From a virus, in the IMG/VR virus record IMGVR_UViG_3300046028_008994: a stretch of 64,000 nucleotides of DNA. The stretch is one strand, 5' to 3'. Under the pieces are notes generated by a model. It searched no databases, had not been told where the DNA came from, and saw nothing but the letters and a program-made list of their open reading frames with translations. Position 1 is the stretch's first letter, and the number at the start of each line of letters is the position of its first letter. This document shows, in pieces, positions 18,178-27,192 of this stretch. Made by a program: the position numbers and the translations under genes.

Positions 18178-19518
18178 ATGGATAAAAAAATAGTAATTAT
18201 AGGAGCCGGTGTAGCAGGTATTAATGCTGCTACTAAATTAGTAGATAATGGTTATCCTGGAGAGTTAATCACAATTATCGATAAAGGTAATGACCCACAT
18301 AACCGCTTACCTGAAGAGGTAATGACAGGTATGTTAGGAGCTGGAGGATGGTCAGATGGTAAATTAACTTACCACACAGAAATCGGAGGTCAATTAGCAA
18401 AATATTGTGGTGAGGAAAAAGCTATGGAATTGATGGATCAAGTTATTAGTAACTTTAGACGTTTCCACCCAAAACCAGAAGAAATATTTATGTCAGATCC
18501 ACAAACAGAACCTGATTTTATTAAACCATATTTTGGTTTAAGAATGTTTCCTGTATGGCATATAGGTTCAAATTATTTACATGAAATTGCTAAAGCATGG
18601 TATCAATATTTAGTTGATAAAGGAGTAGATTTTCATTGGGGGACTGAAATAATTAAGATTGATTTTAATAATGATGATCCTCTATTTACTGGAGGAACAT
18701 GTTATGGTAAATGGATAAACGAAAAAGGAGAACATTTTGATACTCACCATTATGATACTTTAATATTTGCAGTAGGCAAATCAGGTATTGATTTTGCTCA
18801 AAAATTAGCTAATGATTATAAATTACCTAATGAACCTAAATCAGTTCAAATTGGAGTACGTTTTGAAGCACCACAAAAATATTTTCAAAAATTAATTGAT
18901 ATAAGTTATGATTTTAAACTATATCAGAAGTTTGATAATGTATCTTTAAGATCATTCTGTACTAACAATAATGCAGCTTATGTAGCTGTTGAAGAAACAT
19001 ATGGTGATATTAGTTACAATGGTCATGCTAAAAAAGGTGAGGAATTTAGAAACGATATGACCAATTTTGGTATTTTAATGGAAATTAAAGGTATTGAAAA
19101 TCCGTTTGAATGGTCAAGAAAGGTAGTAGAATCATGTCAAGCCAATAAAACAGGATTATATTACTCACCTAATATGACTCGTAAACCAGGATTAACATCA
19201 GAAGGTACAACAGTATCAGCTTGGGAAATATCTGAACATTCACTAGATAATATTAGAAATGCTATGGGTGGTTATTTTGAACATATAGAAAAATTCATTG
19301 AAGATATGAATAAAATATTTGAATTTGGAGATGATTGGGGAATGTATATTCCTGAAGTAAAATACTTATCTCCTGAACCATTAGTAAATTACACAGATTT
19401 ATCATTAAATGAATATCCAAATGTACATTTTGTAGGTGATGCTTTATCAGCGCGCGGGATAACTGTTAGTGGTGCACATGGAATTTATGTAGCAGAAAGT
19501 TTGGTAAATAAAAATTAA
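18178..19518 (+). CDS. FAD-dependent oxidoreductase (uncharacterised dehydrogenase family)
   Basis: IVIIGAGVAG Rossmann motif, GAGGWSDGKL, RSFCTN, HFVGD...RGITVSG. Confidence 0.85.
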   Translation: MDKKIVIIGAGVAGINAATKLVDNGYPGELITIIDKGNDPHNRLPEEVMTGMLGAGGWSDGKLTYHTEIGGQLAKYCGEEKAMELMDQVISNFRRFHPKPEEIFMSDPQTEPDFIKPYFGLRMFPVWHIGSNYLHEIAKAWYQYLVDKGVDFHWGTEIIKIDFNNDDPLFTGGTCYGKWINEKGEHFDTHHYDTLIFAVGKSGIDFAQKLANDYKLPNEPKSVQIGVRFEAPQKYFQKLIDISYDFKLYQKFDNVSLRSFCTNNNAAYVAVEETYGDISYNGHAKKGEEFRNDMTNFGILMEIKGIENPFEWSRKVVESCQANKTGLYYSPNMTRKPGLTSEGTTVSAWEISEHSLDNIRNAMGGYFEHIEKFIEDMNKIFEFGDDWGMYIPEVKYLSPEPLVNYTDLSLNEYPNVHFVGDALSARGITVSGAHGIYVAESLVNKN

Positions 19519-19529
19519 TTTCGTATATT
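19500..19529 (+). promoter_or_regulatory. Bacteroidota sigma70-like promoter
   Basis: TTTG(19500-03)-N20-TATATT(19524-29), 6 nt before ATG 19536. Confidence 0.55.
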
Positions 19530-19535
19530 ATAATT

Positions 19536-19595
19536 ATGAGTAAAAAGTTTGAAGCAAGTAAATTTTACAACTGGGAAGATTTTTATATTTTATAA
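19536..19595 (+). pseudogene. orphaned 5' gene fragment (MSKKFEASKFYNWEDFYIL*)
   Basis: Follows a promoter; KFEASK aligns with KWKPSR at the start of ORF 20259, on the far side of the HNH gene. Confidence 0.4.
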
Positions 19596-19617
19596 TATTT
19601 ATTAATAAATAAAATAT

Positions 19618-20295
19618 ATGAATTATAAAAAACATTATAATAATTTAATAGAAACTAGAAGAAATAGAGTTTTAGATTTAAATCAATATTATGAAAAACA
19701 CCATATAATACCAAAATGTATGGGTGGAACAAATGATAAAGAAAATATAATTAAATTAACAGCAAGAGAACATTTTATAGCTCATTGGTTGTTATATAAA
19801 GAATATAAAAATAAATCATTAGCTGCTGCCTTTTGGAGAATGTGTTTTAATGGTAATAAAAATATGAGAAGATATATACCATCATCTAGGACATATGAAG
19901 AAGCTAGATTAAATTATATAAAAGAATATAAAGGTAAACCTAAGCATACTGAGGAAAGTAAAAGAAATATAGGATTAAAAAATCAAAAACCTAAACCTAA
20001 AGAATATGGCATTAATTTGAGTAAATTAATGAAAGAAGGTTTAGCTGAAAAAATTGGAAAAAGTAACAAAGGTATAAGTAGGGGAAAAAATAGAAAAATA
20101 AGTTGGAATGTGGGTAGAAATAAATCTCTTTTTATACAATATGACATAGAAGGAAATATTATTAAAGAGTGGGATGGATTGGAAGAATTAAAAAAAGAAT
20201 TTAGTATATCATCTATATATAATTCATTTAAAAATAATAAAATATATAAAAAATCAATATGGAAAATAATAAGTGGAAACCTTCGAGAAAATTAA
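19618..20295 (+). CDS. free-standing HNH homing endonuclease with NUMOD-like DNA-binding tail
   Basis: EKHHIIPKCMGGTNDKENIIKLTAREHFIAH; KHTEESKRNI; IQYDIEGNIIKEW. Confidence 0.9.
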   Translation: MNYKKHYNNLIETRRNRVLDLNQYYEKHHIIPKCMGGTNDKENIIKLTAREHFIAHWLLYKEYKNKSLAAAFWRMCFNGNKNMRRYIPSSRTYEEARLNYIKEYKGKPKHTEESKRNIGLKNQKPKPKEYGINLSKLMKEGLAEKIGKSNKGISRGKNRKISWNVGRNKSLFIQYDIEGNIIKEWDGLEELKKEFSISSIYNSFKNNKIYKKSIWKIISGNLREN

Positions 20296-20510
20296 CTAAG
20301 GCTGATGGAACAATAGCATATATTTGGGAAAACTGTTTGCATAGCTGGGAAGGACCAGCTTTAATACCTGAGGGTGATAATCGTAAAAGAGAATATTATA
20401 TTCATGGTATAAAATATAGTGAAGATGCTTGGAAAGAAGCTCGTAAAAATAGACAGGGTCTTCCATGGTATAAACAATCAGCTAATAAAGGAGGAACAAA
20501 TAGGTTTTAA
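20259..20510 (+). CDS. small hypothetical protein
   Basis: LHSWEGPALI...EYYIHG repeat-like motif; overlaps the HNH 3' end. Confidence 0.65.
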   Translation: MENNKWKPSRKLTKADGTIAYIWENCLHSWEGPALIPEGDNRKREYYIHGIKYSEDAWKEARKNRQGLPWYKQSANKGGTNRF

Positions 20511-20511
20511 T

Positions 20512-21036
20512 ATGAAAATAGGATTATGTGGAACAGTAAGTGTAGGAAAAACTACACTTGTAAATGCGCTTAAGGAATTACCTGAATTTGCTGATTATGA
20601 AATAGCAACTGAGCGTTCAAAATATTTAAGAGATCAAGGTATTGCTTTAAATAGTGATTCAACTTTTAAAGGTCAATTAGTATTTGCTGCTGAACGTTCA
20701 TTAGAATTAATGAAAGAAAATATTATAACTGATAGAACAGTTTATGATGTTAGTGCTTTTACATTAAGTGCCAAATCTATTGAGTGGTGGATTAGAGAAA
20801 CATTTGTTCAATTAATAATGCAATTACATAAAGAATATGATGTTATAATTTATGTATCTCCTGAAGGTATTGAAATTGAAGATAATGGAGTTAGAACTAC
20901 TGACTCAGAATACAGAGATAAAATAGATAAAGTTATTAAGGAAATGTTAGTAGAATGGACTCCTGTTAAATTAATTGAGGTAAAAGGTACTACTGAAGAT
21001 AGAATAACAACCATTAAAGAGGCACTATTTTCATAA
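20512..21036 (+). CDS. P-loop nucleoside/nucleotide kinase-like ATPase (NadR/AAA_28 type; start revised to 20512)
   Basis: MKIGLCGTVSVGKTTL Walker A; ITDRTVYD; EDNGVR. Confidence 0.8.
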   Translation: MKIGLCGTVSVGKTTLVNALKELPEFADYEIATERSKYLRDQGIALNSDSTFKGQLVFAAERSLELMKENIITDRTVYDVSAFTLSAKSIEWWIRETFVQLIMQLHKEYDVIIYVSPEGIEIEDNGVRTTDSEYRDKIDKVIKEMLVEWTPVKLIEVKGTTEDRITTIKEALFS

Positions 21037-21047
21037 TATTTATGGTC

Positions 21048-21284
21048 ATGAAAAAATCTGACCTAAAACTAGAAATTAAAAAATATATTTCAGAAATATT
21101 ATCTGAAGACGTAAATGAGGCTATTGGTGCTGAAATTACAGGTAAAACAGGTAAGAAAACAGTAGCGTCTTTTTCAAATACAAAAGATATGACTGATTTT
21201 AAATCTAAAAACCCAAACATTGCTAGTGTAACACCATTAGAAGAAGATAAGTCTAAAATAATCAAAAAATTAAGAGGAGAATAA
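21048..21284 (+). CDS. tagged small protein (start probably 21048)
   Basis: MKKSDLKLEIKKYISEILSE; motif variant AATATTTATG at 21035-44. Confidence 0.55.
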   Translation: MKKSDLKLEIKKYISEILSEDVNEAIGAEITGKTGKKTVASFSNTKDMTDFKSKNPNIASVTPLEEDKSKIIKKLRGE

Positions 21285-21285
21285 T

Positions 21286-21864
21286 ATGAAAATTAAAATC
21301 TCTTATATTATTATAGCCGCGTTAGTGGCTATAATTATTTTCATGACTAAATGTGGAGATGGTAAATTTATTCCAACAGGCAATTCTGATACTCAATATA
21401 TTGAGACATCAAAATGGGATACTCTTAGTATTCATGATACAATTACAAAACCAAAATGGAAGAAAATAACAATCCATACTCATGATACTTTAATAGATTC
21501 TATCCCATACCCAGTTTATGGTTATGTTACATTAACTGAAGACACAATCTCGGTTATAAATGATTCAACAAGATTATTTGTATTATATAAAATATACAGT
21601 CAAGATCCATTATATAAACTAGAAAAAAGTGTTAATTTAAGTGTTAAACGTAAAACAATAACTAGTATTATAACTAAAGAAATGGTTAGAAAAAATGCAT
21701 TATTTGTTGGACCATCAGTTGGTATAGGAAAAAATAGTGGTTTTATATCTTTAAATGGTTTATATGAACATAAAGGTAAAACAATATATGGTTTAGGGGT
21801 TGGAGTAACAAACCAAGTTCAACCAATTATTAAAGCTGGAATTTACTGGCAAATATTGAAGTAA
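21286..21864 (+). CDS. membrane-anchored protein, spanin-like candidate
   Basis: N-terminal hydrophobic helix ending TKCG; C-terminal amphipathic beta strands (YGLGVGV...KAGIYW). Confidence 0.45.
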   Translation: MKIKISYIIIAALVAIIIFMTKCGDGKFIPTGNSDTQYIETSKWDTLSIHDTITKPKWKKITIHTHDTLIDSIPYPVYGYVTLTEDTISVINDSTRLFVLYKIYSQDPLYKLEKSVNLSVKRKTITSIITKEMVRKNALFVGPSVGIGKNSGFISLNGLYEHKGKTIYGLGVGVTNQVQPIIKAGIYWQILK

Positions 21865-21904
21865 AATTTCTTGTATATATTTATATTAGACAATAATATA
21901 ATAT

Positions 21905-23470
21905 ATGAGTCAAGATTTAAAAGCAATTATAAGAGAAGAATATATAAAGTGTTCCCAAGATCCGGCTCACTTTATGAAAAAATATTGTAATATTCAACAC
22001 CCACAAAGAGGTAGAGTAATATTCAATTTATACCCGTTTCAAGATAAAGTATTACATTTATGGAGAGATAATCCATATTCAATAGTACTAAAATCAAGAC
22101 AATTAGGTATATCTACTTTAGCCGCAGGTTATTCCTTGTGGCTAATGTTGTTTCATAAAGACAAAAACGTACTTTGTATTGCAACTAAGCAAGAAACAGC
22201 AAAAAACATGGTAACGAAAGTTAAATTCATGTTTGATAACTTACCTTCTTGGTTAAAAATAACAGCAGAAGAAAATAACAAATTAACACTACGATTAAGT
22301 AATGGATCTCAAATCAAAGCAACTTCAGCATCATCAGATGCAGGTCGTTCAGAAGCAGTATCTTTACTAATAGTCGATGAAGCAGCATTTATTGAACAAA
22401 TTGGAGAAATATGGGCATCAGCACAACAAACATTAGCAACGGGTGGTGGAGCAATTGTTCTATCAACACCTTATGGAACTGGAAACTGGTTTCACAAGAC
22501 ATGGGTATCAGCAGAGAACAAGGAAAACGACTTTTTACCTATCAAACTACCTTGGTTCGTACATCCAGAACGAAATGAGGAATGGAGAAAACGTCAAGAC
22601 GAATTATTAGGAGATCCTAGATTAGCAGCACAAGAGTGTGATTGCGATTTTAGTACATCAGGTGATGTTGTGTTTTTTCCTGAATGGGTTGAATTTATAA
22701 ATCAAACAACAATACAAGAACCATTAGAACGTAGAGGAGCAGATCAAAATTTATGGATATGGGAAGTAGCTGATTATTCAAGAGAATATATGATAATAGC
22801 TGACGTAGCTAGAGGAGACGGTAAAGATTATTCTACATTTCATGTTATGGATATAGCTACAAATACACAAATAGCCGAATATAGAGGACAACTACCACCA
22901 AAAGAATTTGGTTATTTATTAGTAGCAATAGCTACAGAATATAATATGGGATTATTAGTAATTGAAAATGCTTCAATTGGTTGGGCTACAATAGATTCTG
23001 TATTAGAAAGAGGATATTCAAACATTTACTATTCTCCTAAATCAGATACATTAACTGTAGATTCTTATTTTAATCAATTTGAAAACAGTACAAATGTTAC
23101 ACCTGGTTTTACAATGTCCTTAAAAACAAGACCTTTAGTAATTAATAAATTTAGAGAATATATTGGTGATAAATCAGTAACAATTCGTTCAAAACGTTTA
23201 TTAGAGGAAATGAAAGTATTTGTATGGAAAAATGGTAGAGCAGAAGCACAAACAGGATACAATGATGATTTAGTCATGCCGTTTGGTATAGCAATGTATT
23301 TAAGAGATACTTCATTAAAATTCCAACAACAATCTCATGATCTTACTCGAGCTACTCTTGGTAGTATGAAAAAAGTATCGTATAATGGAGGATATAATTC
23401 TAACCAAATTCAAAATCCATATGCTATGCAAACAAAAGATGGAATGGAGAATATTAATTGGTTATTATAA
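21905..23470 (+). CDS. gp17: terminase large subunit
   Basis: LYPFQ Q-motif, KSRQLGIST Walker A, LIVDEAAF Walker B, STPYG, ADVARG..DYS and NDDLVM nuclease motifs. Confidence 0.97.
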   Translation: MSQDLKAIIREEYIKCSQDPAHFMKKYCNIQHPQRGRVIFNLYPFQDKVLHLWRDNPYSIVLKSRQLGISTLAAGYSLWLMLFHKDKNVLCIATKQETAKNMVTKVKFMFDNLPSWLKITAEENNKLTLRLSNGSQIKATSASSDAGRSEAVSLLIVDEAAFIEQIGEIWASAQQTLATGGGAIVLSTPYGTGNWFHKTWVSAENKENDFLPIKLPWFVHPERNEEWRKRQDELLGDPRLAAQECDCDFSTSGDVVFFPEWVEFINQTTIQEPLERRGADQNLWIWEVADYSREYMIIADVARGDGKDYSTFHVMDIATNTQIAEYRGQLPPKEFGYLLVAIATEYNMGLLVIENASIGWATIDSVLERGYSNIYYSPKSDTLTVDSYFNQFENSTNVTPGFTMSLKTRPLVINKFREYIGDKSVTIRSKRLLEEMKVFVWKNGRAEAQTGYNDDLVMPFGIAMYLRDTSLKFQQQSHDLTRATLGSMKKVSYNGGYNSNQIQNPYAMQTKDGMENINWLL

Positions 23471-23478
23471 TATTTATA
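23469..23478 (+). promoter_or_regulatory. late-gene motif AATATTTATA
   Basis: Upstream of portal. Confidence 0.7.
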
Positions 23479-23497
23479 ACATATAACAAAATAAAAA

Positions 23498-25390
23498 ATG
23501 GCTGATAAAAGTTTATTTACCCGATTACAAAGATTATTTTCTACAGATGTAATTATTCGTAATCAAGGAGGCAATCAATTAAAAGTAATGGATGTTGATT
23601 CCATTCAACGTTCCGGAGATATAGCAACAAATTCATTAGTAGATAGATATAATCGTCTATATTCACCATCAACAACATCATTATTAGGTTCTCAATTAAA
23701 CGTAAACTGGCAGTACTTACGTACAATGACTTACTCAGATTACGATAATATGGATTATGATGCTATTGTAGCTTCTGCTCTTGATATTATTGCTGATGAA
23801 TGTACGTTAAAAAATGACATGGGAGAAGTACTCCAAATCAGAAGTAGTAACGAGGATGTTCAACAAATACTTTATAATTTATTTTATGATGTATTAAATA
23901 TCGAATTTAATTTATGGTCTTGGATTCGCCAAATGTGTAAATATGGTGACTTTTTCTTAAAAATGGAAATTGCTGAAAAATATGGTGTATATAATGTAAT
24001 ACCTTACACAGCATTTCATATTGAAAGACAAGAAAACTATGATAAAGAACGTCCAAACTCAGTAAGATTTAAATATGCACCTGAAGGTATTTATGCTGGA
24101 GGATCAGGTTACTATGGTACGCCAAATATTGGAACATTTGATAATCAACCAGGTATATTTTTTGAAAACTATGAAATGGCTCATTTTAGATTATTAACTG
24201 ATGTTAACTATCTTCCTTATGGTCGTTCATATCTAGAACCAGCTCGTCGTATTTTTAAACAATATGTTTTAATGGAAGATGCTATGTTAATTCATAGAAT
24301 TTCTCGTTCACCAGATAGAAGAATATTTTATATCAATGTTGGATCAATTCCACCAAATGAAGTAGAAAACTTCATGCAGAAAACTATCACTACAATGAAA
24401 CGTACTCCATTAATGGATAGCCAAACAGGTGAATATAATTTAAAATATAACATGCAAAACATGTTAGAAGATTTTTATATCCCAATCAGAGGTAATGATC
24501 AAACAACAAAAATAGAAACTACACCAGGTTTAACTTACGATGGTATTCAAGACGTAGAATATTTAAGAGATAAATTATTTGCTGCTTTAAAAGTACCTAA
24601 AGCTTTTATGGGGTATGAAAAAGATTTAACAGGTAAAGCAACATTAGCAGCTGAAGATATTCGTTTTGCACGCACAATTGACCGTATACAACGTATTACC
24701 TTATCTGAATTATATAAAATTGCGCTTGTACATTTATATGCCCAAGGTTACACAGGTGAAGAATTAACTAATTTTGAATTAGATTTAACTACTCCATCTA
24801 TTATCTATGATCAGGAAAAAATTGCATTATTAACTCAAAAGGTAGAATTAGCTAAATCAATAATGGATGCTAAATTATTACCTACAGATTGGATTTACGA
24901 TAATATATTCCACTTCAGTCAAGATCAATTTGATGAATATAGAGATTTAGTAGCTGAAGACCAAAAACGTGCATTTAGATATAATCAATTATTTGAAGAA
25001 GGTAATGATCCTAAAGAAACAGGTAAATCATATGGTACACCACACGATCTAGCTTCACTTTATGGTAGAGGTAGATATGAAGAAACTAGTGTACCTGATG
25101 GATATGATGAAAAAGTACCATTAGGAAGACCAAAAGAAAAAGTAACTGATAGAAATACACAAGATGATTTCTTAGGAAAAGACAGATTAGGTGTTCAAGG
25201 AATGAAAAAAGATGATAACGAATCTGATTCAATTCGTCCTCAATATAAAGGTGGTTCACCGTTAGCATTAGAGGCAAAACAAGTCTACCTTAAAAATAAA
25301 ACATTAATTGAAAGTTTAGGTAAAAAAGTATCTATTGAAAGAGACTCAGCAGGAGAATCATTATTAGATGAATCTAGATTAAAAGAATAA
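23498..25390 (+). CDS. gp20: portal protein (T4 gp20-like)
   Basis: MEDAMLIHRISRSPDRRIFYINVG, MLEDFYIP, YLRDKLFAALKVP. Confidence 0.96.
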   Translation: MADKSLFTRLQRLFSTDVIIRNQGGNQLKVMDVDSIQRSGDIATNSLVDRYNRLYSPSTTSLLGSQLNVNWQYLRTMTYSDYDNMDYDAIVASALDIIADECTLKNDMGEVLQIRSSNEDVQQILYNLFYDVLNIEFNLWSWIRQMCKYGDFFLKMEIAEKYGVYNVIPYTAFHIERQENYDKERPNSVRFKYAPEGIYAGGSGYYGTPNIGTFDNQPGIFFENYEMAHFRLLTDVNYLPYGRSYLEPARRIFKQYVLMEDAMLIHRISRSPDRRIFYINVGSIPPNEVENFMQKTITTMKRTPLMDSQTGEYNLKYNMQNMLEDFYIPIRGNDQTTKIETTPGLTYDGIQDVEYLRDKLFAALKVPKAFMGYEKDLTGKATLAAEDIRFARTIDRIQRITLSELYKIALVHLYAQGYTGEELTNFELDLTTPSIIYDQEKIALLTQKVELAKSIMDAKLLPTDWIYDNIFHFSQDQFDEYRDLVAEDQKRAFRYNQLFEEGNDPKETGKSYGTPHDLASLYGRGRYEETSVPDGYDEKVPLGRPKEKVTDRNTQDDFLGKDRLGVQGMKKDDNESDSIRPQYKGGSPLALEAKQVYLKNKTLIESLGKKVSIERDSAGESLLDESRLKE

Positions 25391-25423
25391 AAATTATTAT
25401 ATATTTATAACAAAATCTCAAGA

Positions 25424-26293
25424 ATGAATATTAAACACTCAAAGTACAAAAATACAGGAATACTGTTTGAACTTTTAGTAAGACAAATTACCGCTGATAC
25501 ATTATCTGGTGTTGATTCTAAAGCTACTAAAATTTTAAAAAAATACTTTGTTAAAACAGAATTAGGAAGAGAATATAAATTATATGAAACACTTTCTAAA
25601 CATAAAAATCTTACTGAGGGTAAAGCTGAGGTAGTAATTAATTCTATAATTGAGTCCTCTAAAAATTTAAATAGAGGAGCATTAAAAAGACAAAAATATA
25701 ATATAATTAAAGAGATAGCTAGTCATTATAATTTAGATGAATTTTTTAAAACAAAATTACCTAGTTATAAATCACAAGCAGCATTATATACATTATTAGA
25801 AATATATAATAGCGAAAACTTATCAAATCCAGACCAAATAATTGATAATAAAATTATAATATTAGAAACATTAACAACAAAATCAATCGATAAACAAAAA
25901 GTAGAAGATGATTTGATGACTGAATTTCAAACATATGATAAAGATTTACGTATTTTAACGTATCGTGTAATGTTAGAAAAATTTAATGGTAAATACGAAT
26001 CATTAAATACATCACAAAAAATGGTATTAAAAGAATTTATCAATTCAATAGATTCAACACCGAAATTAAAAGAATTTTATAATACTAAAATAACTGAGAT
26101 TAAGTCTGAATTAAGCAATTTGTGTAAAAAAGTTTCGGATAAAGCAATTCAAATTAAATTAACAGAAGTTAACAACATGTTAACCCCATTAGGTAAATTA
26201 TCTAAGATAGATAATGATGATCTAGTTAATTTATTACAATACTATGCACTTTTAGAAGAACTAACTAAAGCGAATGTTCAAGTACAAATATAA
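25424..26293 (+). CDS. hypothetical head-module protein
   Basis: Between portal and protease; motif TATATTTATA at 25400-09. Confidence 0.65.
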   Translation: MNIKHSKYKNTGILFELLVRQITADTLSGVDSKATKILKKYFVKTELGREYKLYETLSKHKNLTEGKAEVVINSIIESSKNLNRGALKRQKYNIIKEIASHYNLDEFFKTKLPSYKSQAALYTLLEIYNSENLSNPDQIIDNKIIILETLTTKSIDKQKVEDDLMTEFQTYDKDLRILTYRVMLEKFNGKYESLNTSQKMVLKEFINSIDSTPKLKEFYNTKITEIKSELSNLCKKVSDKAIQIKLTEVNNMLTPLGKLSKIDNDDLVNLLQYYALLEELTKANVQVQI

Positions 26294-26834
26294 AATAAAA
26301 GAAGAATCAACTATTTCATCTGATTCTGGATTTACATCTGGAGGCACTGGAGAAAATCATAGTGGGCCTTCTAAAAAAAAATCAACTTACGGAGCATATA
26401 CACAAGTAGGATTTAAAAAAGTAACAGAAGGTCCTGGAGCTACAGTAGGTCCTGGTCCAAAAGCAGGTCCTGAAGGTGTTAAAGATAATGTATATGTTAA
26501 AAAATTTAAATATAAATTAGTTAATCGTCCTGCTCTAAATAAAGCAGCTAAAGGTATTGAAATAAAAGCATTGTGGGAAGCAAATACTAATGTTGAAGAA
26601 TTTATTACAGGATTAAATATAACAAATCCAGATAATAAAAAATTTATTACATCTCGTATTTTAGGATTTGATGAATTAGAAACAAAACTAAATGAATTAA
26701 TTCCTTTATTACAACAAGCAAAACACAAAACTATGGATTTTTACAGACAAGATCCAAATTCATTTACCGTTCTATATGGAACAGATATTGCAAACGAATA
26801 TCTAAATGATTTACTAGAACTATTTAAAAATTAA
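26274..26834 (+). CDS. hypothetical head-module protein
   Basis: ORF in head operon; Gly/Pro/Lys modules bounded by IKE/VTE/LWE. Confidence 0.6.
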   Translation: MFKYKYKIKEESTISSDSGFTSGGTGENHSGPSKKKSTYGAYTQVGFKKVTEGPGATVGPGPKAGPEGVKDNVYVKKFKYKLVNRPALNKAAKGIEIKALWEANTNVEEFITGLNITNPDNKKFITSRILGFDELETKLNELIPLLQQAKHKTMDFYRQDPNSFTVLYGTDIANEYLNDLLELFKN

Positions 26835-26837
26835 AAC

Positions 26838-27170
26838 ATGGCTAATTATAATGTTTCAGTTACACAAAGTATAGTAATACAACCAGCAAATATTTTAGCT
26901 AGTCAGGTAACAACTTATACTATATCAAATCCTTTAATTGGTTCTTCTTATTTTACATTAGAAACAGTAAGAAACAATGACGGATTTTATAATTCAACTT
27001 CTCCTAAAAACACCTCAGGTTCATTTTCATTAGGAACAGGATTAGCAGAATTAATACAATCAGATTATATAGCTTCAGTTATTGTAGCACCAGGAGGAGG
27101 TACATTAACGTTTACACCTGCTAATAATATAACAGGTTCTACTTTATATTTAAGAGGAACAGGAGCATAA
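26838..27170 (+). CDS. small beta-rich virion (decoration-like) protein
   Basis: T/S/G-rich beta pattern, MAN start, head operon. Confidence 0.5.
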   Translation: MANYNVSVTQSIVIQPANILASQVTTYTISNPLIGSSYFTLETVRNNDGFYNSTSPKNTSGSFSLGTGLAELIQSDYIASVIVAPGGGTLTFTPANNITGSTLYLRGTGA

Positions 27171-27192
27171 AAATTAACATATTTATAATAAA

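Noticed and set aside
19530-20300. Group I intron around the HNH gene (and around the GIY-YIG gene at 33979)
   Set aside because: The flanks are too short and AT-rich to hold a ribozyme core, so both look free-standing.
21905-23470. Intein or intron in terminase, primase, portal or capsid genes
   Set aside because: Lengths and motif spacing are normal, with no intein-like insertion or LAGLIDADG motifs.
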